From Ylistrum balloti (Eukaryota), in contig NW_026782173.1 in the NCBI RefSeq assembly GCF_031769215.1, positions 2,294,001-2,358,000 on the forward strand: 64,000 bases of DNA, read 5' to 3'. Position 1 is the stretch's first letter, and each line of letters opens with the position of its first letter. The position numbers and the translations under genes were made by a program. The notes under the pieces are model-generated. The model made no database searches. It was not told where the DNA came from and saw only the letters and a list, made by a program, of their open reading frames with translations. Below are positions 1 through 11,736 of the stretch, in pieces.

Positions 1-552
1 ACGCCACCGCCTCGGGATAGCGCGTCGCGTAATCTACGATTGTCAATATGTACCGATTTCCACGGTCGGTCACTGGTTGAAGAGGACCCACAAGATCTAT
101 CGCCACCCGCTGAAACGGAATGTTGATTAAAGGCATGGTACCAAGGGGTACTTTGGATACGCGTCCCTTGGGATAGGTCCTCTGACACACATCGCACGAT
201 CGACAAAATCTGGTAATGTCGCTACTCACTCCAGGCCAGTAAAACTCCATCATGACCCGATCCGCTGTCCGTTTGGCTCCAAGATGCCCCGACATCATGC
301 GGGCACAACAAGCTGTTTGAACGTTCGACCATTCGCCACCGCAGGACTCTGATATTCCCTGTATATCAATCCACCATGTTCGAAAAATTTCGACTTTCCT
401 CCATCCCGCCTCTCTTTGACCTCTTCCCGCTTTGCCATACCTCTGACACTATCCAAGCTAGGGTCATCCTATTGCGCCTGTCTGATGTCACCCGGTTGAA
501 CGTCTGTCAAAGCTGTAGGTACAGTGAGAGGACGATATGGCTTCCCTTCTTG
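1..552 (-). pseudogene. Disrupted retrotransposon integrase N-terminus
   Basis: Manual translation past the TAA at 553-555 gives ...QAQ*DDPSL...KQLVVP, a frameshift near 300, then MMSGHLGAKRT...FYWPGV...CRSCDVCQ...FQRVAIDLVGPL...GNRYILTIVDYATRYPEAVA. A second in-frame stop lies at 469-471. Confidence 0.88.
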
Positions 553-2172
553 TTAAATCTGCACTCTTGTCTTGACTGCCACTACAAGTTCCTCACCATA
601 ATTCCATCCTAAGTAAGGATCATCTGGGGCTCTTGCGCCTTCGATATTTCCCAAAATGAGCTCGTAGATTGAATTCTGCATACACCAGGCGTCTACAGAA
701 CCAACATAATAAGGCGTGTCTACCATTACCTTAGCAATAGGTACTTGAAGAAGACTTCCATCAGCCAATGTACAAGTCTTAGTATCACCAGTTAACTGGT
801 CCTGTGTTGCCAAGCTTTGCTTAAGCACCACCCCACTACACCCCGTGTCTCTTAAAACCGTCACTACTTGCCTGCCAACCAGCCCTTCAACCACCGGCAT
901 CCTACCCTGTGATTGGTCTGTCTTATGTACTTCATCCGACATTTCCCTATCGACGACCACCTCATCGTACTCCAAAGTGTCTGGTTTCTTTTTCCGGTTT
1001 CTAGCTCTATGGCGGTGTTGATCTGTTCCGGTTACCATGGAAACACGATTTGTGCCCGATTTCTTAGGACAGTTGTACGCAATGTGATCGGTACTTCTGC
1101 AGATAAAACATTGTCGAGGCTTCTTCTTTTCCTTGTCCTTGACATTTGCGTTAGCAGAGGACGATGACTCCGGTGTGTCGGACTGCTCCCGCTTAGGACC
1201 ATGAGAAGGATTCTTTCCCGCGTTCTTATGCTTAACAAGACTGCCTTTATTACCCCTCGCTTCGGAATATTGGTCAGCAAATTTAGCTATTTCACCTAGT
1301 AATTTGGTAGAACGTTCCTTTAGCCATAACACAAGCTCTGGTGCAAATGATTGCAGAAATTGATCGCGCACAATTAGGTCTTTAAGACCCTCATAAATCT
1401 TAGCCGTGTTAGACATTTCTCGCCATCGTTCTATGTAACTGTCGAGTCGCACGCCAAACTGAGTAAAACTTTCACCTGACTCCGGCCTACATGTATGGAA
1501 CCTATTCCTATAGCCTTCCTCCGTCATTTCGAAACGTTTTAGCAGTGCCGTCTTCAGTATATCAAAGTCGAACGACTGTTCCACAGGTAACCTTGTATAC
1601 ACATCAAGGGCTCGCCCTTTAAGTAACGCCCCTAAGTTGGTCGCCCAGTTACTTTTTTCCCATTTTTGTGCCGACGCATACTGCTCAAACCGTCTAATGT
1701 AAGAGTCTATATTGTCCTTATCCTGCTCAAACGGTGGGAGCTTGGGACCACGCACCGACGGTTTCGCGTTACCCTCCAAATCGGAAGTACTTGGCTTTTT
1801 CTCAACTGCTAACAGCTCAAGCTTCCGTTGATGATCACGAATTGCACGTTCCTCGCGGTCTTTCTCCAATTCAAGTTGAAATCTCACCTCCTTCTCAACA
1901 CTTTCGCGTTTTTCTTTAATAAGCTCGAGCTCATGCAATCGGGCTGCCTCCTGAAGTTTGTCATCGCGTTCACGTTCACGTTGGCGTTCCTCCTGTTCAC
2001 GTTCACGCTCATCGCGTTCTCGGGCTTGCTCTTCACGTACGAACTTCGCGAGTGCCTCACCCTCAAGTTTCATTTCAGTTCCTATGGCAACTAACTCTTT
2101 TATAGACGACATTGTGAATTTATAAGCTTCAAATTCGCATATAAGACAATTTGGTAAAGAAATTCTATACAA
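553..2172 (-). CDS. Retrotransposon Gag-protease polyprotein (coiled coil, SCAN-like capsid region, CCHC zinc knuckle, aspartic protease)
   Basis: 539-aa ORF containing PKLPPFEQDKDNIDSYIRRFE, LKDLIVRDQFL (SCAN-like), CFICRSTDHIAYNC (CX2CX4HX4C) and VLRDTGCSGV (DTG catalytic motif). Confidence 0.9.
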   Translation of the reverse strand: MYRISLPNCLICEFEAYKFTMSSIKELVAIGTEMKLEGEALAKFVREEQARERDEREREQEERQRERERDDKLQEAARLHELELIKEKRESVEKEVRFQLELEKDREERAIRDHQRKLELLAVEKKPSTSDLEGNAKPSVRGPKLPPFEQDKDNIDSYIRRFEQYASAQKWEKSNWATNLGALLKGRALDVYTRLPVEQSFDFDILKTALLKRFEMTEEGYRNRFHTCRPESGESFTQFGVRLDSYIERWREMSNTAKIYEGLKDLIVRDQFLQSFAPELVLWLKERSTKLLGEIAKFADQYSEARGNKGSLVKHKNAGKNPSHGPKREQSDTPESSSSANANVKDKEKKKPRQCFICRSTDHIAYNCPKKSGTNRVSMVTGTDQHRHRARNRKKKPDTLEYDEVVVDREMSDEVHKTDQSQGRMPVVEGLVGRQVVTVLRDTGCSGVVLKQSLATQDQLTGDTKTCTLADGSLLQVPIAKVMVDTPYYVGSVDAWCMQNSIYELILGNIEGARAPDDPYLGWNYGEELVVAVKTRVQI

Positions 2173-2235
2173 GTAATTGGCCTACCAAAGAACATATGTA
2201 TATATCATCAGTCATCTCCATCAACACAAAACTTC

Positions 2236-2253
2236 ATCCCACCGCTGCCACCA
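2236..2253 (-). other. Primer-binding site complementary to the 3' end of tRNA-Leu
   Basis: The plus strand reads ATCCCACCGCTGCCACCA, matching the 3' end of eukaryotic tRNA-Leu(AAG/UAG) including CCA. It lies 5 nt from the LTR boundary and upstream of gag. Confidence 0.88.
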
Positions 2254-2258
2254 AAAAT

Positions 2259-3473
2259 TGTAACGGGAAGAGCGGTTTTGTGTTGATGCTGACATATATA
2301 ACTGACACTTGTTCCTTAGTATACCTGTACATATATTTATTTACAATGACAGAAAAGGTAAGTTAACACGGATTCTCTCACTCTTTGACTCCATTGCTAC
2401 AACACAACAAAATACACAATAACACTGGTAAAGATGGGCTGTGGTCCACACTTTCTATAAAACAGTCAAACAATGAACACTACTGTCTCAGATCACAATG
2501 CAAGTGGGCAGTAATCCACCATGTTGCACACTGACGGCCAAACGTCCTCACACTTACTAGTGGGCTGAGTTCCACTTTCGGTGTACTGAGTCCCTAGCTA
2601 CCATAGCTACTCCAGGTACTCCACAACCTTAACCCTCCCAAGCCGAAGACGAATCCTACATCAACAGACCCGAGGGTTGGACGATCATCCCAAATAACCA
2701 TTCCCAGTTGGAGGACTGTATGAACCTTGGTCTACCTCACCGGTCAATAGCATCGGCCACCGGTCCGTAACACTCCGGAAACGTCAATGTGAGACCCCAC
2801 CGGCACCAACAATATCGGGTTAAACTACAATATAATTGACATCCACTAATCACAAACTTATTCCCTATCATTCTGAGTAAATTGCAGTAACCGTCTTTAA
2901 GGAACACGCTATTACTAGCAACGCTACAACGTAACCCGTTTTGCGTGTAATATCATAAGCCACAATAGATGTAACCACTCTACGAAACTCTTTATAATTA
3001 TTCAAAATTATTCCAGCTTATAAACAGTAATTACTTAACTACAATTGGGTTTGTTATAATGTTACATATTATGCCGCATCACTCCTTGAATATACAAATG
3101 TAGCGTCACCACCTTACTAGCTTACAATAACAAACGCGCACCTGCTAACACGTGTATACACCTGTACAGTACGGTTGCGACTCTATAAATAGAACAGGTA
3201 ATGACACTGTTTACGGCTGTTTATCTCACAGCAAAATAACTCATGAATTTAACAATACATATATAAACCTTTAACGGGTATGGCACTCACCGAAAGCTGC
3301 GGTTTCCGTTGGTGTTATTCCCGTATTTACGTTTATTAACCGCCCACGGTTACAACGCACCTGCTAGTGTCCCATATTCGAATGTCCTCCCCTCGTTTCC
3401 AAATAAATATCCGATACACGACTTTCTACCGTGCGCGCGTAATTCAAAGTTCTTATGCATGTGATATGTGACA
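2259..3473 (-). repeat. 5' LTR of the Gypsy element (~1.2 kb)
   Basis: TG...CA termini with imperfect inverted ends (TGTAAC at 2259, GTGACA ending at 3473). The left end is fixed by the adjacent PBS; the right end is inferred from the terminal motif and the abrupt switch to minisatellite. The partner LTR is not in the window. Confidence 0.65.
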
Positions 3474-3478
3474 AGCTT

Positions 3479-5718
3479 ACACAACACAGAATAGGTTACA
3501 TAGGTTAGAGTATGTTACACACCAGACGGTAGGATGCTCAAGACAGAATATTTTACACATCACAGAATAGGTTACATAGGTTAGAGTATATTACACACCA
3601 GACGATAGGATGCTCAAGACAGAATATTTTACACATCACAGAATAGGTTACATAGGTTAGAATTGGTTACACACCAGAAGATAAGATGCTCAAAACAGAA
3701 TATTTTACATATCACAGAATATGTTACACATCACAGAATAGGTCACATCACAGAATAGGTTACACAGCACAGAATAGGTTACACAGCACAGAATAGGTTA
3801 CACAACACAGAATAGGTTACACAGCACAGATTAGGTTACACAACAGACGATAGTATGATCAAAACAGAATATTTTACATATCACAGAATAGGTCACATCA
3901 CAGAATATGTTACACAACACAGAATAGGTTACACAACAAAGAATAGGTTACATATCACAGAATATGTTACACAAGAAAGGATAGGTTACACATCACAAAA
4001 TATGTTACACACCAAACGATAGGATGATCAAAACAGAATAGGTTACACAGCACAGAATAGGTTACACAACACAGAATAGGTTACACAACACAAAACAGGT
4101 TACACAACACAGAATAGGTCACATCACAGAATATGTTACACAGCACAGATTAGGTTACACAACACAGAACAGGTTACACAACACAGAATAGGTCACATCA
4201 CAGAATATGTTACACAACACAGATTAGGTCACATCACAGAATATGTTACACAACACAGAATATGTTACACAACACAGAATAGGTTACACAACAAAGAATA
4301 GGTTACACATCACAGAATATGTTACACAACACAGAATAGGTTACACATCACAAAATATGTTACACGCCAAACAATAGGATGATCAAAACAGAATAGGTTA
4401 CACAGCACAGAATAGGTTACACAACACAGAACAGGTTACACAACACAGAACAGGTTACACAACACAGAATAGGTCACATCACAGAATATGTTACACAGCA
4501 CAGAATATGTTACACAACACAGAACAGAATATGTTACACAACACAGAATAGGTCACATCACAGAATATGTTACACAACACAGAATATGTTACACAACACA
4601 GAATAGGTTACACAACAAAGAATAGGTTACACATCACAGAATATGTTACACAACACAGAATAGGTTACACATCACAGAATATGTTACACACCAAACGATA
4701 GGATGATCAAAACAGAATAGGTTACACAGCACAGAATAGGTTACACAACACAGAATAGGTTACACAACACAGAACAGGTTACACAACACAGAATAGGTCA
4801 CATCACAGAATATGTTACACAGCACAGATTAGGTTACACAACACAGAACAGGTTACACAACACAGAATAGGTCACATCACAGAATATGTTACACAACACA
4901 GATTAGGTCACATCACAGAATATGTTACACAACACAGAATAGGTTACACAACACAGAATAGGTTACACATCACAGAATAGGTTACACAACACAGAATAGG
5001 TTACACATCACAGAATATGTTACACGCCAAACGATAGGATGATCAAAACATAATAGGTTACACAGCACAGAATAGGTTACACAACACAGAATAGGTTACA
5101 CAACACAGAACAGGTTACACAACACAGAATAGGTCACATCACAGAATATGTTACACAGCACAGAAGGTTACACAACACAGAACATGTTACACAACACAGA
5201 ATATGTTACACAACACAGATTAGGTCACATCACAGAATATGTTACACAACACAGAATATGTTACACAACACAGAATATGTTACACACCAGACGATAGGAT
5301 GATCAAAATAGGTTACACAGCACAGAATAGGTTACACAACACAGAATAGGTTACACAGCACAGATTAGGTTACACAACACAGAATATTTTACACATCACA
5401 GAATATGTTACACAACAGACGATAGGATTATCAAAACAGAATAGGTTACACAGCACAGAATAGGTTACACAACACAGAACAGGTTACACAACACAGAATA
5501 GGTTACACAACACAGAATAGGTTACACAATACAGAATATGTTACACAACACAGAATATGTTACACACCAGACGATAGGATGCTCAAGACAGAAAAGGTTA
5601 CACAACACAGAATATTTTACACAACACAGAATATTTTACACATCACAGAATATGTTACACACCAGACGATAGGATGCTCAAGACAGAATAGGTTACACAA
5701 CACAGATTAGGTTACACA
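3479..5718. repeat. Minisatellite, ~19-bp unit (CAGAATAGGTTACACAACA) with higher-order structure
   Basis: More than 100 visible tandem variants, interrupted periodically by ACGATAGGATGATCAAAA. Confidence 0.95.
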
Positions 5719-6020
5719 GGTAAAATGCCCATTATCCAGTGTAGGTCAATAATACCATAATTATACAGAATTTCATTTTTTTTATCGCGAAATGTTCTCT
5801 GGTACTAAGTGACAAAACGATTGTATGCAATATTGATTTACAGCCATGTTAATGTAAAATCTGTTCTAATCAAATACAATATAGTGGGAGACAGGTCGAC
5901 AGATCCTTCAGGGACACACTCTACACACTAGATAGTAATAGCTTAATGTACAATTAAGAATTGAACAATGTCCATGTAACACAGCAGTTTTAATACAGTG
6001 TCGAGATTGAGGAGATCAAA

Positions 6021-7337
6021 ATGACAGTTAATCTTTACAGGAGACGTTCCTCTGGATTAGACCTAGTATCACAGGTCACTTCCATCATAATGCTGTGTAT
6101 ACTATTGCCATATTCCTATGCTGGTTCTTACAGAAATATGTCTAACCTTCACAAGGATTTACGATCAAACTACAACCGAGATATACGCCCACTGAGCAAT
6201 CAGAGTAGTTCAATAGCGATCAACATAATGTACACGCTCACATCTTTGAACGAATTTGACGCCGTAAATGGAAGGATGGTGACCACAGGGTCTCTGTACG
6301 TCACCTGGATGGATGAGATGATTACGTGGCTTCCATCAGACTACGATGACATTAAGACGATAAAGATGCGTGAAACGTTTGTATGGGCACCAACATTTGT
6401 AGTTGCCAACGGCGCCGATGATATTTATATCAAGGGAACGAAATCTGAAGATTCTACCGTTCTCTATGACAACACGGGAAAGGCTTCGCTTATTTTGAGT
6501 GGTCTCATATCTACAACATGTGACCCGGATATTACGTATTACCCTTATGACGTACATCAATGTAACCTACAGTTCACAACAAAGGAACCAATGAATGAAG
6601 TCAGTCTAAATTTTGATGCAGTATTTATATTGCCCGGTGCTGACAGTAATTTGTTTTGGAAACTCGAATATTCGGAAATGCGAGCATACAACGTTCAAAA
6701 CACAAACACTTTCATCGAGGTAACCTTTGCATTAGAGCGACGACCGACGTTTTCATTGTACAATATACTTGTTCCTGTTTGTCTATTGAATTTCGTCAAC
6801 CTCTTAGCATTTGTACTGCCGGCAGACTCTGGGGAGAGGGTGTCATTTGCCACTACGATACTACTAACAATATCCGTGTACATGACTATCATGTCGAATA
6901 GTATCCCAAACACCAGTGACCCGGTGTCCATCCTCACGATTTCTCTGATGATCAAACTCATCAACAGCAGTCTTATAGTTTTGACAGTGATCGGGACGTT
7001 AAATATATACCGCCTCAGTGACGTCACGCCAATTCCTAGTTGGCTGTCGCGCATGTTATGTTTACATAAAAACTCGATCCGTAAGATCAAAATTAGGGGC
7101 TCAAGGATTGGTCAGAAGCTTGAAATGTCAGATCTTAAAACAGAGCATTGCAGAACAAATTGTGATATTGAAGTTAAAGGAGCAACAACAATGGAGCAAA
7201 AGAAGATGCCAGATTCTTCCATCACGTGGTCAAAGGTTGGGAGATCGTTGGATTACATGTTGCTATTGGTGTTTAGTTTAGTGATAAGTATAGAAACCAT
7301 CTTCCATATGGTTCGAATAATATGTCGAAGAGGTTGA
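6021..7337 (+). CDS. R1: nicotinic-acetylcholine-receptor-like Cys-loop channel subunit (non-alpha), single coding exon
   Basis: Signal peptide ending ...SYA|GSY, WAP loop A, Cys-loop CDPDITYYPYDVHQC (C-x13-C), RRP pre-M1, PADSGERVS M1-M2 linker, four hydrophobic helices, no vicinal Cys. Start codon uncertain (6021 or 6090). AATAAA at 7557 and 7568. Confidence 0.93.
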   Translation: MTVNLYRRRSSGLDLVSQVTSIIMLCILLPYSYAGSYRNMSNLHKDLRSNYNRDIRPLSNQSSSIAINIMYTLTSLNEFDAVNGRMVTTGSLYVTWMDEMITWLPSDYDDIKTIKMRETFVWAPTFVVANGADDIYIKGTKSEDSTVLYDNTGKASLILSGLISTTCDPDITYYPYDVHQCNLQFTTKEPMNEVSLNFDAVFILPGADSNLFWKLEYSEMRAYNVQNTNTFIEVTFALERRPTFSLYNILVPVCLLNFVNLLAFVLPADSGERVSFATTILLTISVYMTIMSNSIPNTSDPVSILTISLMIKLINSSLIVLTVIGTLNIYRLSDVTPIPSWLSRMLCLHKNSIRKIKIRGSRIGQKLEMSDLKTEHCRTNCDIEVKGATTMEQKKMPDSSITWSKVGRSLDYMLLLVFSLVISIETIFHMVRIICRRG

Positions 7338-8252
7338 CTTTTTGTCTAAATTTGAAGTGAATTTATTGGAGTTACAATGTTAGAATGCTCATTACACAAT
7401 ACTGGTGTACAATTTTATTTAATGGCAAAATCTTTCCGTGCGAAATTGCCTTTTTTCTCAGTTCTGGTAATTCATATGGATGTATTTATAATTTACATGT
7501 ATCTAAAGATAATTAATTGTAATTACGAATGTTTATGATTTGAAACAATGCAGAAAAATAAATGAGGAATAAATATGTATTTATGTCATTCTTAACTTTC
7601 CAACTTTACAACTTAAAACGAAGACCTATAGTATATGCAATTTCTGTAACTTTGATTTTAGCCATGTCTGAAGGATCTGCAAGTCCTTATATATAGGTAC
7701 ATGTATGTAACAAATTGGTGTGGATACGAGGAAACATGCAACGTTGATAATCCGATAGTGTTCAATAGTTGAGTTACAGAGCTGATGGTATAACTGCCAT
7801 GTACTTACATCCTCTTGTTTGACGTCCCGTATCTACTTAATTCTAATTGACCATCCCTTGTAGACGTTTGTGATATCGTTTTGTCGTGTTTTTCCAATAT
7901 CATCATAGCACTATCCCAGTCTACTTGAAATATACCGTGCCTTGACAATGGCAGATACATTTATCCGCGAGGGGCGACAGTGTCCCGTCTTTGTCTGGCA
8001 TTGATTTTAACAAAACACGTGTGAATAAACATGTAGTATTTACAATTCAGAAAATTAAAAAAGAAACGCATGTGAAGGCGTTTTATGCCACTACACCTTT
8101 GATAAACAAAAATTACATCGAAATCAAGATAGGCAATAAGTTATTCTATATGGATTAGCAGTTTTCGATGATTTAGAATACAGCATTGTTTATCAGCACA
8201 ATAAATTAATTATAAAAAAGTCACATGTATTGAAATTCATTATTGTATACAT

Positions 8253-8570
8253 GTAGATGAAAGTATGGTTCCAGGATGAATTTGATTTCATACTTGAAGC
8301 TACTGCATCTAAAACTATTCATCAAGATAAGCTGATCAGTATCAGAATAAACAGTCCTGGGAACAATGTGACGACGGACAATTTACTTCGAGAGTATCAA
8401 ACAATTCATATCACCATGGTAATGTAGAAGTGAAATGCCGCCCCAGATACTTCATTACAATGCTCTTCCAACAAAACTCTTATTGATAGCATAGCCTACC
8501 AAGGAAATACCACTTCTCTACCATAACTTCACAGATACTGGGCAATGATATTCAGAATATTTGAAACCAA
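8253..8570 (+). mobile_element. Possible heavily decayed piggyBac-like transposase fragments
   Basis: Short motifs in different frames (VDESMVP at 8253, GNNVTTDN at ~8359, RYWAMIF at ~8533) resemble piggyBac DDD-domain motifs in the right order, but the spacing is much too short. Confidence 0.3.
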
Positions 8571-9694
8571 TGTTTGACCGGAAGCAGAATATAATTCAGT
8601 ATCAAATTAATCCAAACGTGATATTTTAATGTCTTTAGTTTTGATATGTACTTTATTGTAAAAAGGTTTTACTTAAGCAGTCAAATTTACGTGCTAAATA
8701 TGATGTTTTTTAGAACGTTTATTTGTGGACTATGTTTTGTCGGCGTAGGTGACGTCAAAATTCGTATTTCTGTGCCAACAATTCCCAATTTTTGCTGTTG
8801 TTAGGGTATCTTATAATGCTAAAAGTCATTGGCAGAATGGTGTTATAATTTTTCAAGACTCTCCGTGTAAATCGTTCTTTTGTTCCTATTTTCACTAGAT
8901 TTGAATGAGTTCGGATTATGATTATGTTGACATGTAGGTGCATTCTTCTTGTTTTTCTTTAGCTATTTTCAATACGTAACGACTCGATAAGAGCGTGACG
9001 TGCATGTTCTTATTCTGAACCGTGCTACTATTCTAATGAACATCATATATGAAAATCACATATCTCCAAATCCCACATTAAGCCGACTGGCCACAGAAAA
9101 CACTATCAAATTCTCGAAGTCATTAGTCTCTTCCGGTTACTAATTGATATAACGCGAGGCTTGTGTCTTTGAATCTATATTGTAACAGCATTAATTTTAG
9201 CGACATTGTTATATCGACAAACGATATTATAGATTTGTCTTTACAATGTGAGTTTTGTAAGCGAAGGTCCGGCGATGAGTATATAATGGTCTTCTACCTA
9301 TATACAGGTTTGACTATAAGCTTATATTTTGCTACGTCAACCTAACGATGCATTAGATACAACGTTACAAGCCAGCATAATTATTCCTGATATAGTGGTG
9401 TAAGTTAACTTCTGTAATTCATGATAAGCCATTATTGGCAAAGACGGGAACTATTTACTTTAAGAGAAATTGCTAAAAGAAAATACAATTCTGAAATGAT
9501 TTATCACTTCCACAAGCTACCAAGCCTTTTAAAGAATGTCGACAGGTTAACAGATCTACAAATACTACTTGTAATACATCATAATTTCTTATTGATTTTT
9601 TGTCATTGGAATCGGATAAGTCTACGTAGCAGCTTAACTTTGAGTCATTATCTCACGAACCACACACAGGGTAACCTGGTCAGTAAATAACTTT

Positions 9695-10990
9695 ATGATT
9701 CTTTTGAGGATTACAGTTTCAGTGCAGCAGCAGAAATATTGCATGTACATCATGAAGATTACGACCCATGACGTAAGGACAATGTTATTAATTCTGTCGA
9801 TGTTCCTCTCGAGTACATCAGCAGCGTCCTATGGCAACATGACTGGCCTCCAGTCTGACCTTCTGACGGGTTATTCTAGGAAAGTTCGCCCCTTGGAAAA
9901 CCAGGACAACGCTCTTTTTATTGTTATGATATACACTTTGAAGTCACTCAACGACTTCGACGTAGTTAATGGAAGAATGACCACCATGGGATTATTTCAT
10001 TTAGCATGGACAGATGAGAAAATGACATGGAATCCCGCTGATTATGGAAACATACAGAAGGTAGCGTTTAGGGAGTCAGATGTATGGGCTCCTATTTTCT
10101 TCATTGCTAACGGCGCGGATGACATGAACACGAGAACCTCAAGGTTTGGGGATATTTCAATATCTTTCTCCAGCTCTGGGAAGGCAGTATACTTACTAAA
10201 CGGCGTGATGACAACAACATGTGAACCGGACATCACCTATTATCCTTACGATGTCCATATGTGCTCAGTTACACTGACTACACAAGAGCTGGCCTCAGAG
10301 ATACAAGCCACGATTCTGGACATGAAGATGGAACCAGACACAAAGAATAATCTTCTTTGGAAAATAGTTGATTTTAAATACAAAAACTACGAACAGAAAA
10401 ACATATCGTTTATTGAAATATCTTTAATGATTCAGCGACGTCCAAGCTACCTGATTTTTACTATTATTCTGCCTATTTGTCTGTTAAATTTCGTGAATCT
10501 CCTAGCGTTCATTCTGCCGGCAGACTCTGGGGAGAGGGTGTCGTTCGCCATCACGGTGCTCCTAACCCTGTCCGTGTATATGACTATAATGTCGGATAGT
10601 ATACCCAACACCAGTGATCCGGTGTCCATTCTAACCACTTCTTTAATGATCAAACTTATTTACAGCGCCATGATAGTATTGACCGTTGTTTTCATTTTGA
10701 AAATTTACCACACTGATGAACGCAAGCCTATTCCACTGTGGGTTTTGCGCATAATACGATCCAGAAATAGAGTTGACAACAAAGATGAATTTGAAAAGCA
10801 AGAGGATCGTCCGACTGTCGATAAAATGAAGGACACACAAAGCATAGCACAGATCACATATACTACCTCATTTCCCACGTGGCGTTCCGTTGGCCAGGCA
10901 TTGGACAACGTATTCTTTGTGGTATTTACATGTGTAACTGTTGTCGAGATTACTTACAACCTGGTGCGCATTACGCATCGCATAGGTTGA
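9695..10990 (+). CDS. R2: nAChR-like Cys-loop channel subunit (non-alpha), single coding exon
   Basis: Signal peptide MLLILSMFLSSTSA|ASY (likely start 9752 or 9782), Cys-loop CEPDITYYPYDVHMC, PADSGERVSFAITVLLT M2, four TM helices. Confidence 0.93.
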   Translation: MILLRITVSVQQQKYCMYIMKITTHDVRTMLLILSMFLSSTSAASYGNMTGLQSDLLTGYSRKVRPLENQDNALFIVMIYTLKSLNDFDVVNGRMTTMGLFHLAWTDEKMTWNPADYGNIQKVAFRESDVWAPIFFIANGADDMNTRTSRFGDISISFSSSGKAVYLLNGVMTTTCEPDITYYPYDVHMCSVTLTTQELASEIQATILDMKMEPDTKNNLLWKIVDFKYKNYEQKNISFIEISLMIQRRPSYLIFTIILPICLLNFVNLLAFILPADSGERVSFAITVLLTLSVYMTIMSDSIPNTSDPVSILTTSLMIKLIYSAMIVLTVVFILKIYHTDERKPIPLWVLRIIRSRNRVDNKDEFEKQEDRPTVDKMKDTQSIAQITYTTSFPTWRSVGQALDNVFFVVFTCVTVVEITYNLVRITHRIG

Positions 10991-11265
10991 CCAATGACTG
11001 TGTTATTTGTACTGAAAATCTTAGTTGTACTAGATTATATTGAACGTTATTTCTGGAGGACAGATTCTTGAACAATTGGAAAAACTGTTTTACTTACTAG
11101 TGGAATCTAATATCTGAATTAACATATTAGATTCTCCATTAACAGCTTAATAACATTTCATAGCGAAGAACTGATAATTATTATTCCACGGGAAGTGTTT
11201 ATTGTGTAATCCGTCACTGTTCATCTACACCGGGAAATATGTTTTACAGTCTAAATATTCCAGCA

Positions 11266-11736
11266 TTCCGGAACACCTGGTCGCATTATACTTTTTTTAC
11301 CTTCCAGGACACCAGGTCTTATCGTATCTTTTCCTCCCTTCCAGGACACCTGGTCTTATTGTACTTTTTCCTCCCTTCCGGAACACCTGGTCTTATTGTA
11401 CTTTTTCCTCCCTTCCAGGACACCTGGTCTTATTGTACTATTCTTCCCTTCCGGAACACCTGGTCTTATTGTACTTTTTCCTCCCTTCCAGGACACCTGG
11501 TCTTATTGTACTTTTTCCTCCCTTCCGGAACACCTGGTCTTATTGTACTTTTTCTTACCTTCCAGGACACCTTGTCTTATTGTACTTTTCCCTCCCTTCC
11601 AGGACACCTGGTCTTATTGTACTTTTTCTTCCCTTCCAGGACACCTTGTCTTATTGTACTATTCTTCCCTTCCGGAACACCTGGTCTTATTGTATTTTCT
11701 TCGCTTCCGAAACACCTGGTCTTATTGTACTTTTTT
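11266..11736. repeat. Minisatellite, ~37-bp unit (CCTTCCAGGACACCTGGTCTTATTGTACTTTTTCCTC), ~12.5 copies
   Basis: Direct tandem copies, largely alternating CCAGGA and CCGGAA variants. Explains the overlapping repetitive ORFs at 11202-11808. Confidence 0.95.

Larger units (their letters stand above)
1..3473 (-). mobile_element. Ty3/Gypsy LTR retrotransposon, Gmr1-like domain order (protease then integrase), 5' part, decayed; continues off the left edge
   Basis: LTR-like segment, 18-nt tRNA primer-binding site, Gag with SCAN-like segment and CCHC knuckle, aspartic protease (LRDTGCS), then integrase HHCC and core motifs directly after the protease. Confidence 0.92.

Noticed and set aside
469-555. 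Programmed readthrough of the stop between protease and integrase
   Set aside because: The TAA-CAA-GAA context does not match the CARYYA leaky-stop motif, and a second stop (469-471) plus a frameshift near 300 indicate simple decay.
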